Source: an uncultured Nitrospiraceae bacterium (GTDB lineage: Bacteria; Nitrospirota; Nitrospiria; Nitrospirales; Nitrospiraceae). Taken from it: a stretch of 64,000 nucleotides of DNA. A program made the translations under genes and the position numbers. The DNA lies in assembly GCA_963706325.1 (NCBI GenBank), contig CAVPLT010000005.1:32001-96000 (forward strand), given 5' to 3'. Below the pieces are notes generated by a model that had not been told where the DNA came from, made no database searches, and saw nothing but the letters and a program-made list of their open reading frames with translations. How positions within the stretch are numbered: position 1 is the first letter of the stretch; each line of letters opens with the position of its first letter. This document shows, in pieces, positions 53,559-64,000 of the stretch.

Positions 53559-54332
53559 TTGAACCTACAGCTCTCCCCTCTCATAGAATTGCAGAAAATC
53601 GATCTCCGGATCGTCGAACTGAAAGAGCAGCGGCGAAAAATACCAGAACGGCTGGAAGTGAACGAAGCTCCCCTCCGCGAAGCGAAGAGGGTGTTACAGG
53701 AAGCATCCGCTTCTGCCGAAGTACTGATCAAGGAGCGACGCAGCCACGAAAAAGACCTCGAGGCGCATGAAGACCGCATCGACAAGATGAAAGACCGGGC
53801 CGCGCAACTCAAAACCAATCAAGAATATCAAGCGCATCTCTTCGAGGTAGAGTTGGCCAACAAGAAGAAAGGCGAGATCGAAGAGAAAATCCTGCTGGCG
53901 ATGGAGCAGATCGAGCAGACCCAGCGGGTCATGGCGGATGCGCAGGCGAAGCTGAAGGACTCAGAGGCCGTGTTCACGAAGGAGAAGGCGACACTGGACG
54001 CGCGAGATCAGGCCCTCTCCGTGGAACTGGCGGACTTGGATGCTCGGCACACAGTGTTGGCGGGACGCGTGGAGAAGGTACTTCTGGCGCGTTATAATAA
54101 GTTAAAGACGACAAGGAAAGATCAAGCCTTGGCACTGTTGAAGGACGGCATTTGTTTGGGCTGTCGGCTACAACTTCCACCACAACTGGTATCTCAGGTC
54201 AAACGGGCGCAAGACGTACATACTTGTCCCTACTGCTACAGAATGCTGTATTGGGAAGGGGAGCCGGGCACTGAGGTGAAGGGAACCGCCGCCTCAGACC
54301 AGGCGAATTTTGAAGTCGGAGAATCAGTTTAG
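53559..54332 (+). CDS. Coiled-coil C4 zinc-ribbon protein (DUF164/CdsZ-like)
   Basis: LIELQKID, long coiled coil, CLGC...CPYCYRML; TTG start after AGGAG. Confidence 0.85.
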   Translation: MNLQLSPLIELQKIDLRIVELKEQRRKIPERLEVNEAPLREAKRVLQEASASAEVLIKERRSHEKDLEAHEDRIDKMKDRAAQLKTNQEYQAHLFEVELANKKKGEIEEKILLAMEQIEQTQRVMADAQAKLKDSEAVFTKEKATLDARDQALSVELADLDARHTVLAGRVEKVLLARYNKLKTTRKDQALALLKDGICLGCRLQLPPQLVSQVKRAQDVHTCPYCYRMLYWEGEPGTEVKGTAASDQANFEVGESV

Positions 54333-54924
54333 GCCTCGCCCAGCACCTGCTTCGTCGTTCTGAAGTGCAGCTTCGCGACCGTGCCCAGTCGGTCCTGCCC
54401 ATACTTTTTGATCACCATCCTCCCTGCAAGCTCCACGGCGGGGAAGCCCCCTTGGGCAATGTGGTTTTCAGCTCCTGAGAGAGATTGTGTAGGCGTTGAA
54501 GGAAATCCGCGCGGGCCAGGATCGAGGCGGCGGCCACGGCTACATCGCAGCCTTCGGTCCTTGAACTAATGTGATTTGCTTGCCCTTGTCCTGGAGCGCA
54601 TTCAAGATGAAGCGCTCATCGCCGAATTGATCTGCAATGGCGAGGTCGCTATCGACCTGTTGAAGCAGGCTTTCAAGTGCTCGCGCATGGCCCAAGTCAA
54701 CAGCCGATTCAGATTCTTTATTTGCTATACAATGCATTGTGCCGCTGTGGTCCAATGACGACGATGCTGTGGGGGACAGAGCCGGCGGATCTCCGGAGCC
54801 ATTTCTAATATCCGTCCATCCAATATTTTTTGGCTACCCCGTACCCGCAGGAGGGCGAGTTCCCATTGCCGGATTCATCGATCCCGATACGGCTCGTGAG
54901 GTAAAGATTGGGTGGGGCAGACAC
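54329..54924 (-). pseudogene. rnhC: Ribonuclease HIII pseudogene
   Basis: Manual translation across frames: RIGIDESG, NLNRLL.WGHARALE, ADQFG, AVAAASILARA, LPKG, VAKLHFRTT; internal deletion and several frameshifts. Confidence 0.85.
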
Positions 54925-55010
54925 TCGGAGAAGCTCCTAGGTGAAAATGACGGAGTGGCGCGGTGATCCAGCAGAGCTCGTAAAACGGGTCAATTTTGGG
55001 GAGGCAGCGG

Positions 55011-55898
55011 ATGAGGACTCAACCGAATACTGTCATGAAGCGGATGATCAACAGGCCTTCGCCCGTCTGGATGGCGTTGGGTGTCGTGGCCTTGCTGACT
55101 GCGACGGGCTGTCAAACCAATCCGTATACCGGACGTTGGCAACTCATGATGGTACCGATGTCCCAGGAAGTGCAGATGGGCGTGCAGGCCTACTCTCAAG
55201 TGCAGCACGATCCAAAGATGAAGCCGTCGACGGATCCGCGAGAGATCGAGCCGGTGAAGCGGGTGGCGGCGCGGGTGATCGAGGCGGCAAAAAATTCGAA
55301 GTATAGCGACATCGCCAATCAATTCGACTGGGAAGTGACGGTAATCAAGGACGATAAAACGATGAACGCCTTTGCCCTGCCGGGCGGGAAGATCGCTGTG
55401 TATACCGGCATTTTCCCGGTGGCCAAGACTGAGGCGGGACTGGCCGCTGTGATGGGACACGAAGTTGTGCATGCTCTGGCGCGCCACGGTGGTGAACGGA
55501 TGAGCCAAACGACGTTGGCCCAGACAACCCTACAGGTGGTTGGTGTCGCGCTAGGGGTCAGTGGGGCCAACCCCGTTTTGTCTCAAGCGGGCATGGCCGC
55601 GTTGGGAGTTGGAACGCAAGTGGGCGTCTTGCTTCCTTTCAGTCGAAAACATGAATCGGAGGCCGATTATGTCGGTGTGTTGCTTGCGGCCGAAGCGGGA
55701 TATGACCCGCGCGAATCCATTCGACTTTGGACTCGCATGGGGGAATTATCCTCTGGGAAGGAGCCCTCGGAATTCATGTCCACCCACCCCAACCATGAAA
55801 CTAGGATCAAGCAACTGGAGGAGTGGATGAGGGAAGCCATGCCGATTTATGATTCCAAACCTCCCGCTCCAAACGGAGAGCTCCCGATTTTGCGGTAG
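55011..55898 (+). CDS. M48-family metallopeptidase lipoprotein
   Basis: NAFALPGG, GHEVVHALARH, FSRKHESEAD, STHP; TATGC lipobox. Confidence 0.9.
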   Translation: MRTQPNTVMKRMINRPSPVWMALGVVALLTATGCQTNPYTGRWQLMMVPMSQEVQMGVQAYSQVQHDPKMKPSTDPREIEPVKRVAARVIEAAKNSKYSDIANQFDWEVTVIKDDKTMNAFALPGGKIAVYTGIFPVAKTEAGLAAVMGHEVVHALARHGGERMSQTTLAQTTLQVVGVALGVSGANPVLSQAGMAALGVGTQVGVLLPFSRKHESEADYVGVLLAAEAGYDPRESIRLWTRMGELSSGKEPSEFMSTHPNHETRIKQLEEWMREAMPIYDSKPPAPNGELPILR

Positions 55899-55982
55899 CG
55901 CTCACTGAGGTACTAGAATCAGCCCTGCATCTATGCCTGGATGTTCTGTACCGGGCGTAGCAGCTCTAGCGGTCTGTGTGTC

Positions 55983-56011
55983 TTGAATACTCCCGTCCTC
56001 GCTCTTATACT
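55983..56011 (+). promoter_or_regulatory. Promoter of rnpB
   Basis: TTGAAT-17 bp-TATACT. Confidence 0.6.
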
Positions 56012-56023
56012 ATCGCTGCGCGC

Positions 56024-56447
56024 TGGAGGGACACGGGTGATCGCTCGTCGAGTCAGCTCGGCGGGAGGAAAGTCCGGACTCCAAGGGCAAGGACGCTGGA
56101 TAACGTCCAGGCGGAGCGACCCGACACCAGCACCACAGAGAACAAACCGCCGATGGCCAGTGCGATGGGCTTCGGCTCATGGCACCGGCTCAGGTAAGGG
56201 TGAAACGGTGGGGTAAGAGCCCACCGCGGTGATGGCGACATCAACGGCACGGTAAGCGTCGTCCGGAGCAAGACCAAATAGGGGGACGACTGCGGTGCTC
56301 GTAAGAGCCCAGCAGAAAGGCCGGCCCGGCCGAGGTCCTCGGGTAGGTTGCTTGAGGCTCGAGGTAACTCGAGTCCCAGAGAAATGATCACCCTCGCGTG
56401 AGCGCAAGTTTCACGCGAGACAGAATCCGGCTTATAGGGTTTCTCCA
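56024..56447 (+). ncRNA. rnpB: RNase P RNA (class A)
   Basis: GAGGAAAGTCCGGACTCC, GGGTGAAACGGTGGGGTAAGAGCCCACCG, GAGCAAGACCAAATAG, ACAGAATCCGGCTTA. Confidence 0.95.
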
Positions 56448-56693
56448 ACGCGCTCTTTTAATCGCCTTCCGCAACTCACTGCCTGTTACTTTGCCGGAAA
56501 TTGCTTCTCGCCCATCGAGGAGGACCACCGGCACTTGATCGCCGTATTGCGCGACGAGACGCGGATCGCTGTCCACATCCATTTCCACGAGATCGAAAAC
56601 GAGCTCCTGCCGTACCTGCTCGGCGACGCGATGGACCACGTGGCACAGATGACAATTACGGCGGGAGACAATGGTTACGCAAAGATGATTCAT
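56388..56693 (-). CDS. Glutaredoxin-like protein (DUF836)
   Basis: CHLC, DVDSD...YGDQVPVVLLDG. Confidence 0.8.
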   Translation of the reverse strand: MNHLCVTIVSRRNCHLCHVVHRVAEQVRQELVFDLVEMDVDSDPRLVAQYGDQVPVVLLDGREAISGKVTGSELRKAIKRARWRNPISRILSRVKLALTRG

Positions 56694-56788
56694 GGCTTGT
56701 CAGTCGGACGAAACGAGCGGATTTTGCTATACCATACGTTGAGGAGCGAGCACCACCTCGCGCGATGTGAGGAACGGTGCTCGCTCTC

Positions 56789-56818
56789 TTGACCCCGCTT
56801 AAGACCTGGTGGTACCAT
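56789..56818 (+). promoter_or_regulatory. Candidate promoter of the ilv operon
   Basis: TTGACC-18 bp-TACCAT with TGn extension. Confidence 0.45.
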
Positions 56819-56947
56819 CTGCCATCTTACCCATTGTTTTTTCACGTAAGATTGTATCAACCTGTATCCTGCATATGAGGCAGGAAGAGGATTGTTCTCA
56901 ATTGAGATATAGAGTCCTTCGCCATGGATTGCGAAGGGGGGGTTGAT

Positions 56948-58726
56948 ATGAAGCTCACCGGGTCAGAAATCCTGATTGAATGCTTAAAGCGTGAAGGTGT
57001 GAAGACGATTTTCGCGCTACCGGGCGGAGTCGTGCTGAAGATCTTCGACATGCTCCATCAACAAAAAGATATTGAGGTTGTTCTGACCCGACACGAGCAG
57101 GGTGCCGGTCATATGGCTGAAGGTTATGCCAAGGCTACCGGCAAGGCCGGCGTTTGCTTGGTGACCTCCGGACCTGGAATGACCAACGTGATTACTGCGC
57201 TGGCGGATGCGTACATGGATTCGGTGCCATTGGTCTGTTTCAGCGGACAGGTGTCTACGAGCTTGATCGGCAACGATGCATTTCAGGAAGCCGATAACAT
57301 AGGCCTCAGCCGCCCCTGCACGAAATATAACTTTCTCGTGAAGGACGTGAACGACCTCGCAACGACGATCAAGGAAGCCTTCTATATCGCGACGACCGGA
57401 CGCCCTGGGCCGGTCCTCGTCGATATTCCCAAAGACGTGTCTATGGCCAAGGGCGAATTTACCTATCCCAGTTCAGTGGCTATCCGCGGGTACAATCCGA
57501 CCTACGAAGGCAACAAGTGGCAGATCAAGCAGGCCGCCGAAGCCATCATGAAGGCCAAGAAGCCGATTTTATACGTCGGGGGAGGCGTCGTGTTCTCGGG
57601 GGCTTCCAAGGAATTGCTTGAATTGGCAGAAATGACGCAAATCCCTGTGGATATGACGTTGATGGGGCTCGGCGCGTTCCCCGGCGAACACTCCCAGTCG
57701 ATGGGTATGATGGGAATGCATGGCACCTACTGCGCCAATATGGCGGTGCACTATGCTGATCTGGTGATCGCGGTCGGCGCGCGCTTCGATGATCGTGTGA
57801 CAGGTAAGGTGTCAGAGTTTTGTCCTTACGCCAAAATCATTCACATCGATATCGATCCGACGTCGATCCGAAAAAACATCCACGTCGATATCCCAATCGT
57901 AGGTGACTGCAAGGCGGTCTTGCGAGAATTGATCCAGATACTCAAGGCGACGGCCAATGGGAACCAGCGCGACCTTCGCAAGCCTTGGTGGGATCAAATA
58001 CGCGAATGGCAACAGGCGCACCCGCTTGCCTATCAGCAGGAGCCTGAAGGAGCGATCAAGCCGCAACATGTTGTCAAACGACTTTATGAGTTGACGAAGG
58101 ATCGAGATCCGATTGTCTCCACGGACGTCGGGCAGCATCAGATGTGGACGGCCCAGTATTTCAAGCTTGCCAAGCCGAACCGGTGGCTGACCTCGGGCGG
58201 TTTGGGTACAATGGGGTTCGGCTTCCCGGCTGCCATGGGGGCGCAGGCGGCGTTCAGAGACCGGTTAGTGCTCTGCGTAGCCGGTGACGGCAGTGTGCAA
58301 ATGAATATGCAGGAAATGGCTACAGCCGTCGTATCGAAACTACCGGTGAAGGTGATTATCCTGAATAATCGCTTTCACGGCATGGTTCGTCAATGGCAGG
58401 ACTTGTTCTACGAAGGACGGTATGCGTCCAGCTATCTCGACACCACGCCGGATTTCGTGAAGTTGGCCGAAGCCTATGGCGCTGTGGGTCTGCGTGCGAG
58501 TAAGGTGGCCGATCTTGATGCGGTGTTGAAGGAAGCCATAGCGACCGACAAGCCGGTGGTTGTGGATGTGCCGACATACCCGTATGAGAATTGCTATCCG
58601 ATGATTCCCGCTGGCGGCTGCAACCATGAGATGATTCTCGAAGACCCGCCTGAGTTAAAGAAGAGGATGGCCGGGGTTCCCAGTACCCGTTCTAACGAGG
58701 ACATAGACACGATTCTTACAGCGTAG
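56948..58726 (+). CDS. ilvB: Acetolactate synthase large subunit
   Basis: RHEQGAGH, TSGPG, GARFDDRVTG, GDGS TPP motif. Confidence 0.96.
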   Translation: MKLTGSEILIECLKREGVKTIFALPGGVVLKIFDMLHQQKDIEVVLTRHEQGAGHMAEGYAKATGKAGVCLVTSGPGMTNVITALADAYMDSVPLVCFSGQVSTSLIGNDAFQEADNIGLSRPCTKYNFLVKDVNDLATTIKEAFYIATTGRPGPVLVDIPKDVSMAKGEFTYPSSVAIRGYNPTYEGNKWQIKQAAEAIMKAKKPILYVGGGVVFSGASKELLELAEMTQIPVDMTLMGLGAFPGEHSQSMGMMGMHGTYCANMAVHYADLVIAVGARFDDRVTGKVSEFCPYAKIIHIDIDPTSIRKNIHVDIPIVGDCKAVLRELIQILKATANGNQRDLRKPWWDQIREWQQAHPLAYQQEPEGAIKPQHVVKRLYELTKDRDPIVSTDVGQHQMWTAQYFKLAKPNRWLTSGGLGTMGFGFPAAMGAQAAFRDRLVLCVAGDGSVQMNMQEMATAVVSKLPVKVIILNNRFHGMVRQWQDLFYEGRYASSYLDTTPDFVKLAEAYGAVGLRASKVADLDAVLKEAIATDKPVVVDVPTYPYENCYPMIPAGGCNHEMILEDPPELKKRMAGVPSTRSNEDIDTILTA

Positions 58727-58827
58727 GGAGAACGCGCTCAAAGCCGATAGCCTGTGGCGGATGGAAGATCGGGGGCGAGTTCTTATCGCTTCACGCCAGC
58801 TCTCGGCTGATCGCACCTGGTAACTCA

Positions 58828-59346
58828 ATGGAACACATTATTTCAGTGACCGTAGAGAATAAGTTTGGGGTGTTGTCCCGCGTGGCAGGCCTGTTCAGCG
58901 GTCGCGGCTTCAATATCGAAAGCCTCTCGGTGGCGCCGACGCTCGACCCGTCGATGTCCCAGATGACGATTGTCACATCGGGCGATGACCGAATCGTGGA
59001 ACAAATCGTCAAACAGCTGAACAAGCTGATCGACGTCATTAAAGTCGTGGATCTCAACGAGAGCGAATTCGTCTCTCGGGAGACGGCGCTGATTAAGGTC
59101 CATACAAAATCTGAAGACCGTGCGGAAGCCCTTAGGATCGCGGATATTTTTCGAGCCAATGTCATCGACTCGACGCCCTCGACGTATACCATCGAAGTAA
59201 CAGGCGATCCGAAGAAGATCGAGGCCATCATCAACTTGCTGCAGCCGCTGGGTATCAAGGAACTGATACGAACGGGGCGTGTGGCGATTGCGCGTGAAGC
59301 GATCAGGCCGGCCGTCAGCCAACCCAAAAAAGTCGCCAAAGAATAA
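58828..59346 (+). CDS. ilvN: Acetolactate synthase small subunit
   Basis: VENKFGVLSRVAGLFSGRGFNIESL. Confidence 0.95.
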   Translation: MEHIISVTVENKFGVLSRVAGLFSGRGFNIESLSVAPTLDPSMSQMTIVTSGDDRIVEQIVKQLNKLIDVIKVVDLNESEFVSRETALIKVHTKSEDRAEALRIADIFRANVIDSTPSTYTIEVTGDPKKIEAIINLLQPLGIKELIRTGRVAIAREAIRPAVSQPKKVAKE

Positions 59347-59410
59347 CGCGCCCATCCTCTGTGTGTAGCCGTCGTTTCCACCCATGTGCCCTACGAACAG
59401 TCAGGAGTGA

Positions 59411-60427
<1,017 letters not shown>

Positions 60428-60477
60428 CACCTCGCGCGGGCGCTTCGTGGTAGCATTTAAAGAGTGCCTGGAGATCT

Positions 60478-61128
60478 ATGGCTGATCGAGCCGTTGGGAT
60501 ACCAATTGTAAAGGAAGGGGTGCCGTTCGTCGGCGCTCTCGGTGGCGTGGCGCTGCTCTTTAGTCTCGCCGGGTGGATCATCCCAGCTGGAGTGGCGGGA
60601 GGCTTCACGCTCTTTACCGCCTGGTTCTTCAGGAATCCCAATCGGACGATTCCGCGAGAGCCGAACGCGGTGGTGTCTCCGGGCGACGGTAAAGTGATCG
60701 CCATTGAAGAAGAGTTTGAACCGCGTTACTTGAAAGAAAAAAGTATTAGGTTGACCGTATTTTTGAATGTCTTCGACGTGCACGTAAATCGAATGCCCTG
60801 CGCGGGGACTGTGGAGGGCGTCAGTTATCAGCCCGGTCAGTTTCTCGTGGCCAGCAAGCCTGAGGCGACGCTGCGCAACGAACAAAACGCCGTCATGTTA
60901 AAGGCTGAGTCAGGGGCAAAAGTGCTCTGCGTGCAAGTTGCCGGGCTGATCGCTCGTCGGATCGTCTGCTGGGTCGGAAAAGGAGAGCGCGTGCAGCGGG
61001 GAGAGCGGTTCGGATTGATCCGGTTTGGTTCGCGGATGGATACCTTTCTTCCGCTTGGGTCCAAGATTCGTGTTGCGGTGGGCGATCGTGTCAAAGGGGG
61101 AGAAACCATCGTGGGGGAACTCCGATGA
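60478..61128 (+). CDS. psd: Phosphatidylserine decarboxylase proenzyme
   Basis: FFRNP, DVHVNR, QVAGLIARRI, IRFGSR. Confidence 0.93.
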   Translation: MADRAVGIPIVKEGVPFVGALGGVALLFSLAGWIIPAGVAGGFTLFTAWFFRNPNRTIPREPNAVVSPGDGKVIAIEEEFEPRYLKEKSIRLTVFLNVFDVHVNRMPCAGTVEGVSYQPGQFLVASKPEATLRNEQNAVMLKAESGAKVLCVQVAGLIARRIVCWVGKGERVQRGERFGLIRFGSRMDTFLPLGSKIRVAVGDRVKGGETIVGELR

Positions 61129-61925
61129 AATCACCAGCTATGCGAACTTCGTTTCCCAAAGGTCATCGAAAACGACAGGCGATGTACCTGATCCCCAACC
61201 TCTGCACGACCGGAAATTTGTTTTGCGGCGTGTTTGCGATTTTGTCGGTGTTCAATGGCCAGCATTTGGCGGCAGCCATCGCAATCCTGGTCGGAATGAT
61301 TTTCGACATGTTAGATGGGAAGTTGGCCCGACTCACGAACAGTACCGGCCAGTTCGGTATCGAATACGATTCCCTATCTGATGTGGTGTCGTTTGGTGTC
61401 GCGCCGGGTGTGCTTATCTATTCATATGCCTTGAGCGGGCAAGGCATGTTTGGCGTGGCAGTCATGTTTGCCTATGTTGCCATGGGAGCGGTACGGCTGG
61501 CCCGATTCAATGCCACGGTGAGCACCTCTGACAGCAAATATTTCACCGGGTTGGCCATTCCTGCGGCGGCGGGTGTCATTGCGTCGTTGGTGATCTTCGA
61601 TCTTCACATCACGCAGATGGGGGCAGAGGTGAAGCCGCTATTAATTTTGGTGATCACCTTCGCGCTCGCATTCTTGATGGTGAGCACGATCAAGTACCGC
61701 AGTTTTAAGGACATGAAGTTCAGGCGAGGCGATCATTTTACTTATCTGGTGTGGGGTATTCTCGCCCTGATGTTGATTGTCGCCTGGCCGCAGGCGATGC
61801 TATTTGTCACTTTTGCGGGGTATGCTCTTTCCGGCCCGGTCGCGCGTCTCTGGACGCTGATGACGAAGAGCACCGGCAAGCGCATTGCGAAGAACGATTC
61901 ACCGGTAATGGATGCCAAAGAGTAG
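61125..61925 (+). CDS. pssA: CDP-diacylglycerol-serine O-phosphatidyltransferase
   Basis: DMLDGKLAR...FGIEYDSLSDVVSFGVAP, RLARFN. Confidence 0.93.
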   Translation: MKSPAMRTSFPKGHRKRQAMYLIPNLCTTGNLFCGVFAILSVFNGQHLAAAIAILVGMIFDMLDGKLARLTNSTGQFGIEYDSLSDVVSFGVAPGVLIYSYALSGQGMFGVAVMFAYVAMGAVRLARFNATVSTSDSKYFTGLAIPAAAGVIASLVIFDLHITQMGAEVKPLLILVITFALAFLMVSTIKYRSFKDMKFRRGDHFTYLVWGILALMLIVAWPQAMLFVTFAGYALSGPVARLWTLMTKSTGKRIAKNDSPVMDAKE

Positions 61926-61930
61926 GAATA

Positions 61931-62181
61931 GCTGTGAAGAGGAGTAGTAGGCAGGGCTGACTGAACTGAGAGAGCTGGTGGGTGGTGCAAACCAGCCGGT
62001 AAGCTGCCGAACTCACCTTGGAGCTGGACTTGTGAAGCCTTTGTAGTAGTGAGTCCCGCATTGTCCACGTCACGGACCGAATCAAGGGCAGTTGGATGGG
62101 GTGCGCCATCCATTGCTGAATCAGGGTGGTACCACGAAGCTCGCAAGGCCTTCGTCCCTGTCCAGGGGCGGAGGCTTTTTT
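61931..62181 (+). promoter_or_regulatory. T-box riboswitch with Leu (CUC) specifier and terminator
   Basis: AGTA, AGAGA and GGTGCAA stem I motifs; GAA-CTC at 62009-62014; AATCAGGGTGGTACCACG T-box at 62119-62136; terminator hairpin plus TTTTTT. Confidence 0.9.
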
Positions 62182-62185
62182 ATTG

Positions 62186-62311
62186 GCAGGATGTTGAAAC
62201 GGTTTCCAACTTTGTTCTCGGCTCGAAAACATCCTCAACGTACCCCAAGGGTACGCCTCCGGTGTTTTCTCGGCCTGCGGCCTCGTTGGAAAACCTGTTT
62301 GAGCATTCTGC
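62186..62311. repeat. 126-bp palindromic intergenic element (REP/MITE-like)
   Basis: Terminal IR GCAGGATGTTGAAAC / GTTTGAGCATTCTGC, inner arms TTTCCAAC / GTTGGAAA, central CGTACCC-CAA-GGGTACG. Confidence 0.75.
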
Positions 62312-62341
62312 AGACCACGAGTAAAGAAGGGGAGGTACGCC

Positions 62342-63889
62342 ATGACCAGGATGATCAGAATATTTGATACGACGTTGCGGGACGGCGAGCAATCGCCAGG
62401 GGCAAGTATGAACGTCGAAGAGAAGCTCATGATCGCCAAGCAACTGGCGCGCCTCGGTGTGGATATCATTGAAGCTGGTTTCGCCTATAGCTCGCCTGGG
62501 GATTTCGAAGCGGTGCGCCGAATTGCGCTGGAGGTTGAGGGGCCGGTGGTCTGCAGCCTCGCGCGAGCCAGACCGGAAGACATCACCAGGGCCTCTGAGG
62601 CCCTGAAGGGCGCGCCAAAGGTCCGCATCCATACGTTTCTCTCCACGTCCGACATTCACCTCAAACACCAGTTTCGCATGACGCGGGAAGCAGCGAAGCG
62701 GCGTGCTGTGGAAATGGTGCAACTGGCTCGTACCTATGTGGATGATGTCGAATTTTCTCCAATGGATGCCAGTCGGTCCGATCCCGACTATCTGTGCGAA
62801 GTGGTGGAAGCCGTCATTGCGGCGGGGGCGGGAACGGTCAATATTCCTGACACGGTGGGCTATGCCAATCCTCAGGAGTTCGGCGGGTTGATCAAACGAA
62901 TCAAAGACACCGTGCCGAATAGCGGACAGGCCGTGATCTCTGTCCATTGCCATAACGATCTGGGGTTGGCCGTCGCCAATAGTCTCGCTGCGGTGATGGC
63001 TGGGGCCGGTCAGGTAGAGTGCACGATCAACGGGATCGGTGAGCGGGCCGGAAACACCTCGCTCGAAGAGATTGTGATGGGTCTTCGGACACGAAAGGAT
63101 TGGTATGGGGCCGATACGAAGGTCGTGACAGAAGAGATTTCCAAAACTAGCCGCCTCGTGAGCAAGATCACGGGCATGGTGATTCAGCCCAATAAGGCTA
63201 TTGTCGGCGCGAATGCGTTTGCGCACACGTCGGGTATTCACCAAGACGGTTTGCTCAAAGATAAGACGACCTACGAAATCATGCGGCCTGAATCCATCGG
63301 TCTTGAGCAGAACAAGCTGGTGATGGGCAAGTTATCCGGGCGCCATGCGTTTCGCCAGCGGCTGGAGGACCTGGGCTACAAACTGACTGAAGAAGAGGTC
63401 AACCACGCCTTTGAACGATTCAAGCGTCTGGCAGACCAGAAGAAAGAAATTTACGAAGAAGACCTCGAAGTGATCGTGTCTGAGGAAGTGGCGAAAATGT
63501 CAGAGCGGGTGATCCTGAAGTCGTTTCAGGTCGAAAGCGGAACTAACTTGGTGCCCAAAGCCACGGTCGAGTTGGAGATCGACGGCAAGTCGGTGACTCA
63601 GAGTGGGACGGGCGACGGGCCGGTCGACGCGGTGTACCGCACGATCGCCTCCATGACCCAGACGAAGAGTAAATTGCTTATGTTCGGGGTCAATGCCATC
63701 ACCGGGGGAACCGATGCGCAAGGGGAAGTATCGGTGAGGCTGGAAGAAGATGGTCGCACTGTGTCCGGTCACGGGGCTGATACCGATATCATTACCGCGT
63801 CGGCGCGGGCCTATTTGAACGCGCTTAATAAGTTGGCATATTTCGCTCTGAAACAAGCGGAGGGAATTCAGAAGGTCAGCTTGATTTGA
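62342..63889 (+). CDS. leuA: 2-isopropylmalate synthase
   Basis: [31 protein letters not shown] regulatory domain. Confidence 0.97.
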   Translation: MTRMIRIFDTTLRDGEQSPGASMNVEEKLMIAKQLARLGVDIIEAGFAYSSPGDFEAVRRIALEVEGPVVCSLARARPEDITRASEALKGAPKVRIHTFLSTSDIHLKHQFRMTREAAKRRAVEMVQLARTYVDDVEFSPMDASRSDPDYLCEVVEAVIAAGAGTVNIPDTVGYANPQEFGGLIKRIKDTVPNSGQAVISVHCHNDLGLAVANSLAAVMAGAGQVECTINGIGERAGNTSLEEIVMGLRTRKDWYGADTKVVTEEISKTSRLVSKITGMVIQPNKAIVGANAFAHTSGIHQDGLLKDKTTYEIMRPESIGLEQNKLVMGKLSGRHAFRQRLEDLGYKLTEEEVNHAFERFKRLADQKKEIYEEDLEVIVSEEVAKMSERVILKSFQVESGTNLVPKATVELEIDGKSVTQSGTGDGPVDAVYRTIASMTQTKSKLLMFGVNAITGGTDAQGEVSVRLEEDGRTVSGHGADTDIITASARAYLNALNKLAYFALKQAEGIQKVSLI

Positions 63890-64000
63890 TCCGCGGCTGC
63901 ACGGTAGATTCCTCAGTCCTCGCTGGCATCTCCGCGCCGGCTTTGACTGAGCGCGCCGCCCAGTGTCCCCCGTCGCAAGTATTCATCCGGAAGGATGCAC

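Noticed and set aside
54381..54966. Plus-strand short ORFs, including an RNase HI-like GNPRGPG string
   Set aside because: Shadows of the minus-strand rnhC pseudogene
55941..56448. Short ORFs over rnpB
   Set aside because: The region is the RNase P RNA gene

Overview
This window is most likely from a Nitrospira (Nitrospirota) chromosome, judged by the five-subunit rTCA-type pyruvate:ferredoxin oxidoreductase, the UBact-proteasome operon and the palindromic intergenic repeats. It has five parts. (1) 1-10.6 kb: HIT, HD-domain, yjbQ and HtrA genes followed by a complete arc-dop-ubact-prcB-prcA-pafA operon. (2) 10.7-19.5 kb: an unexplained signalling locus. It encodes a PilZ-PilZ-LuxD-like thioesterase-SAM methyltransferase fusion, a histidine kinase with two tandem LuxN-like membrane domains and a convergent YheT-type esterase, with a divergent lipoprotein and beta-barrel pair. 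This is the best candidate for an undescribed system, possibly c-di-GMP-gated fatty-acid-methyl-ester signalling. (3) About 20-31.9 kb: stacked integrative elements at tRNA-Asn, with three large serine recombinase traces, a dead IS3 and a ~7.4 kb Rep/ImmR-ImmA/integrase mini-element. (4) 32-37 kb: porDABCE. (5) 37.8-64 kb: housekeeping genes rho, rpmE, prfA, prmC, murA, the his operon, dnaG, rpoD, tRNA-Ile2, an rnhC pseudogene, rnpB, ilvBNC, psd, pssA, a Leu T-box and leuA. All family assignments come from motif recognition by eye; no searches were run.
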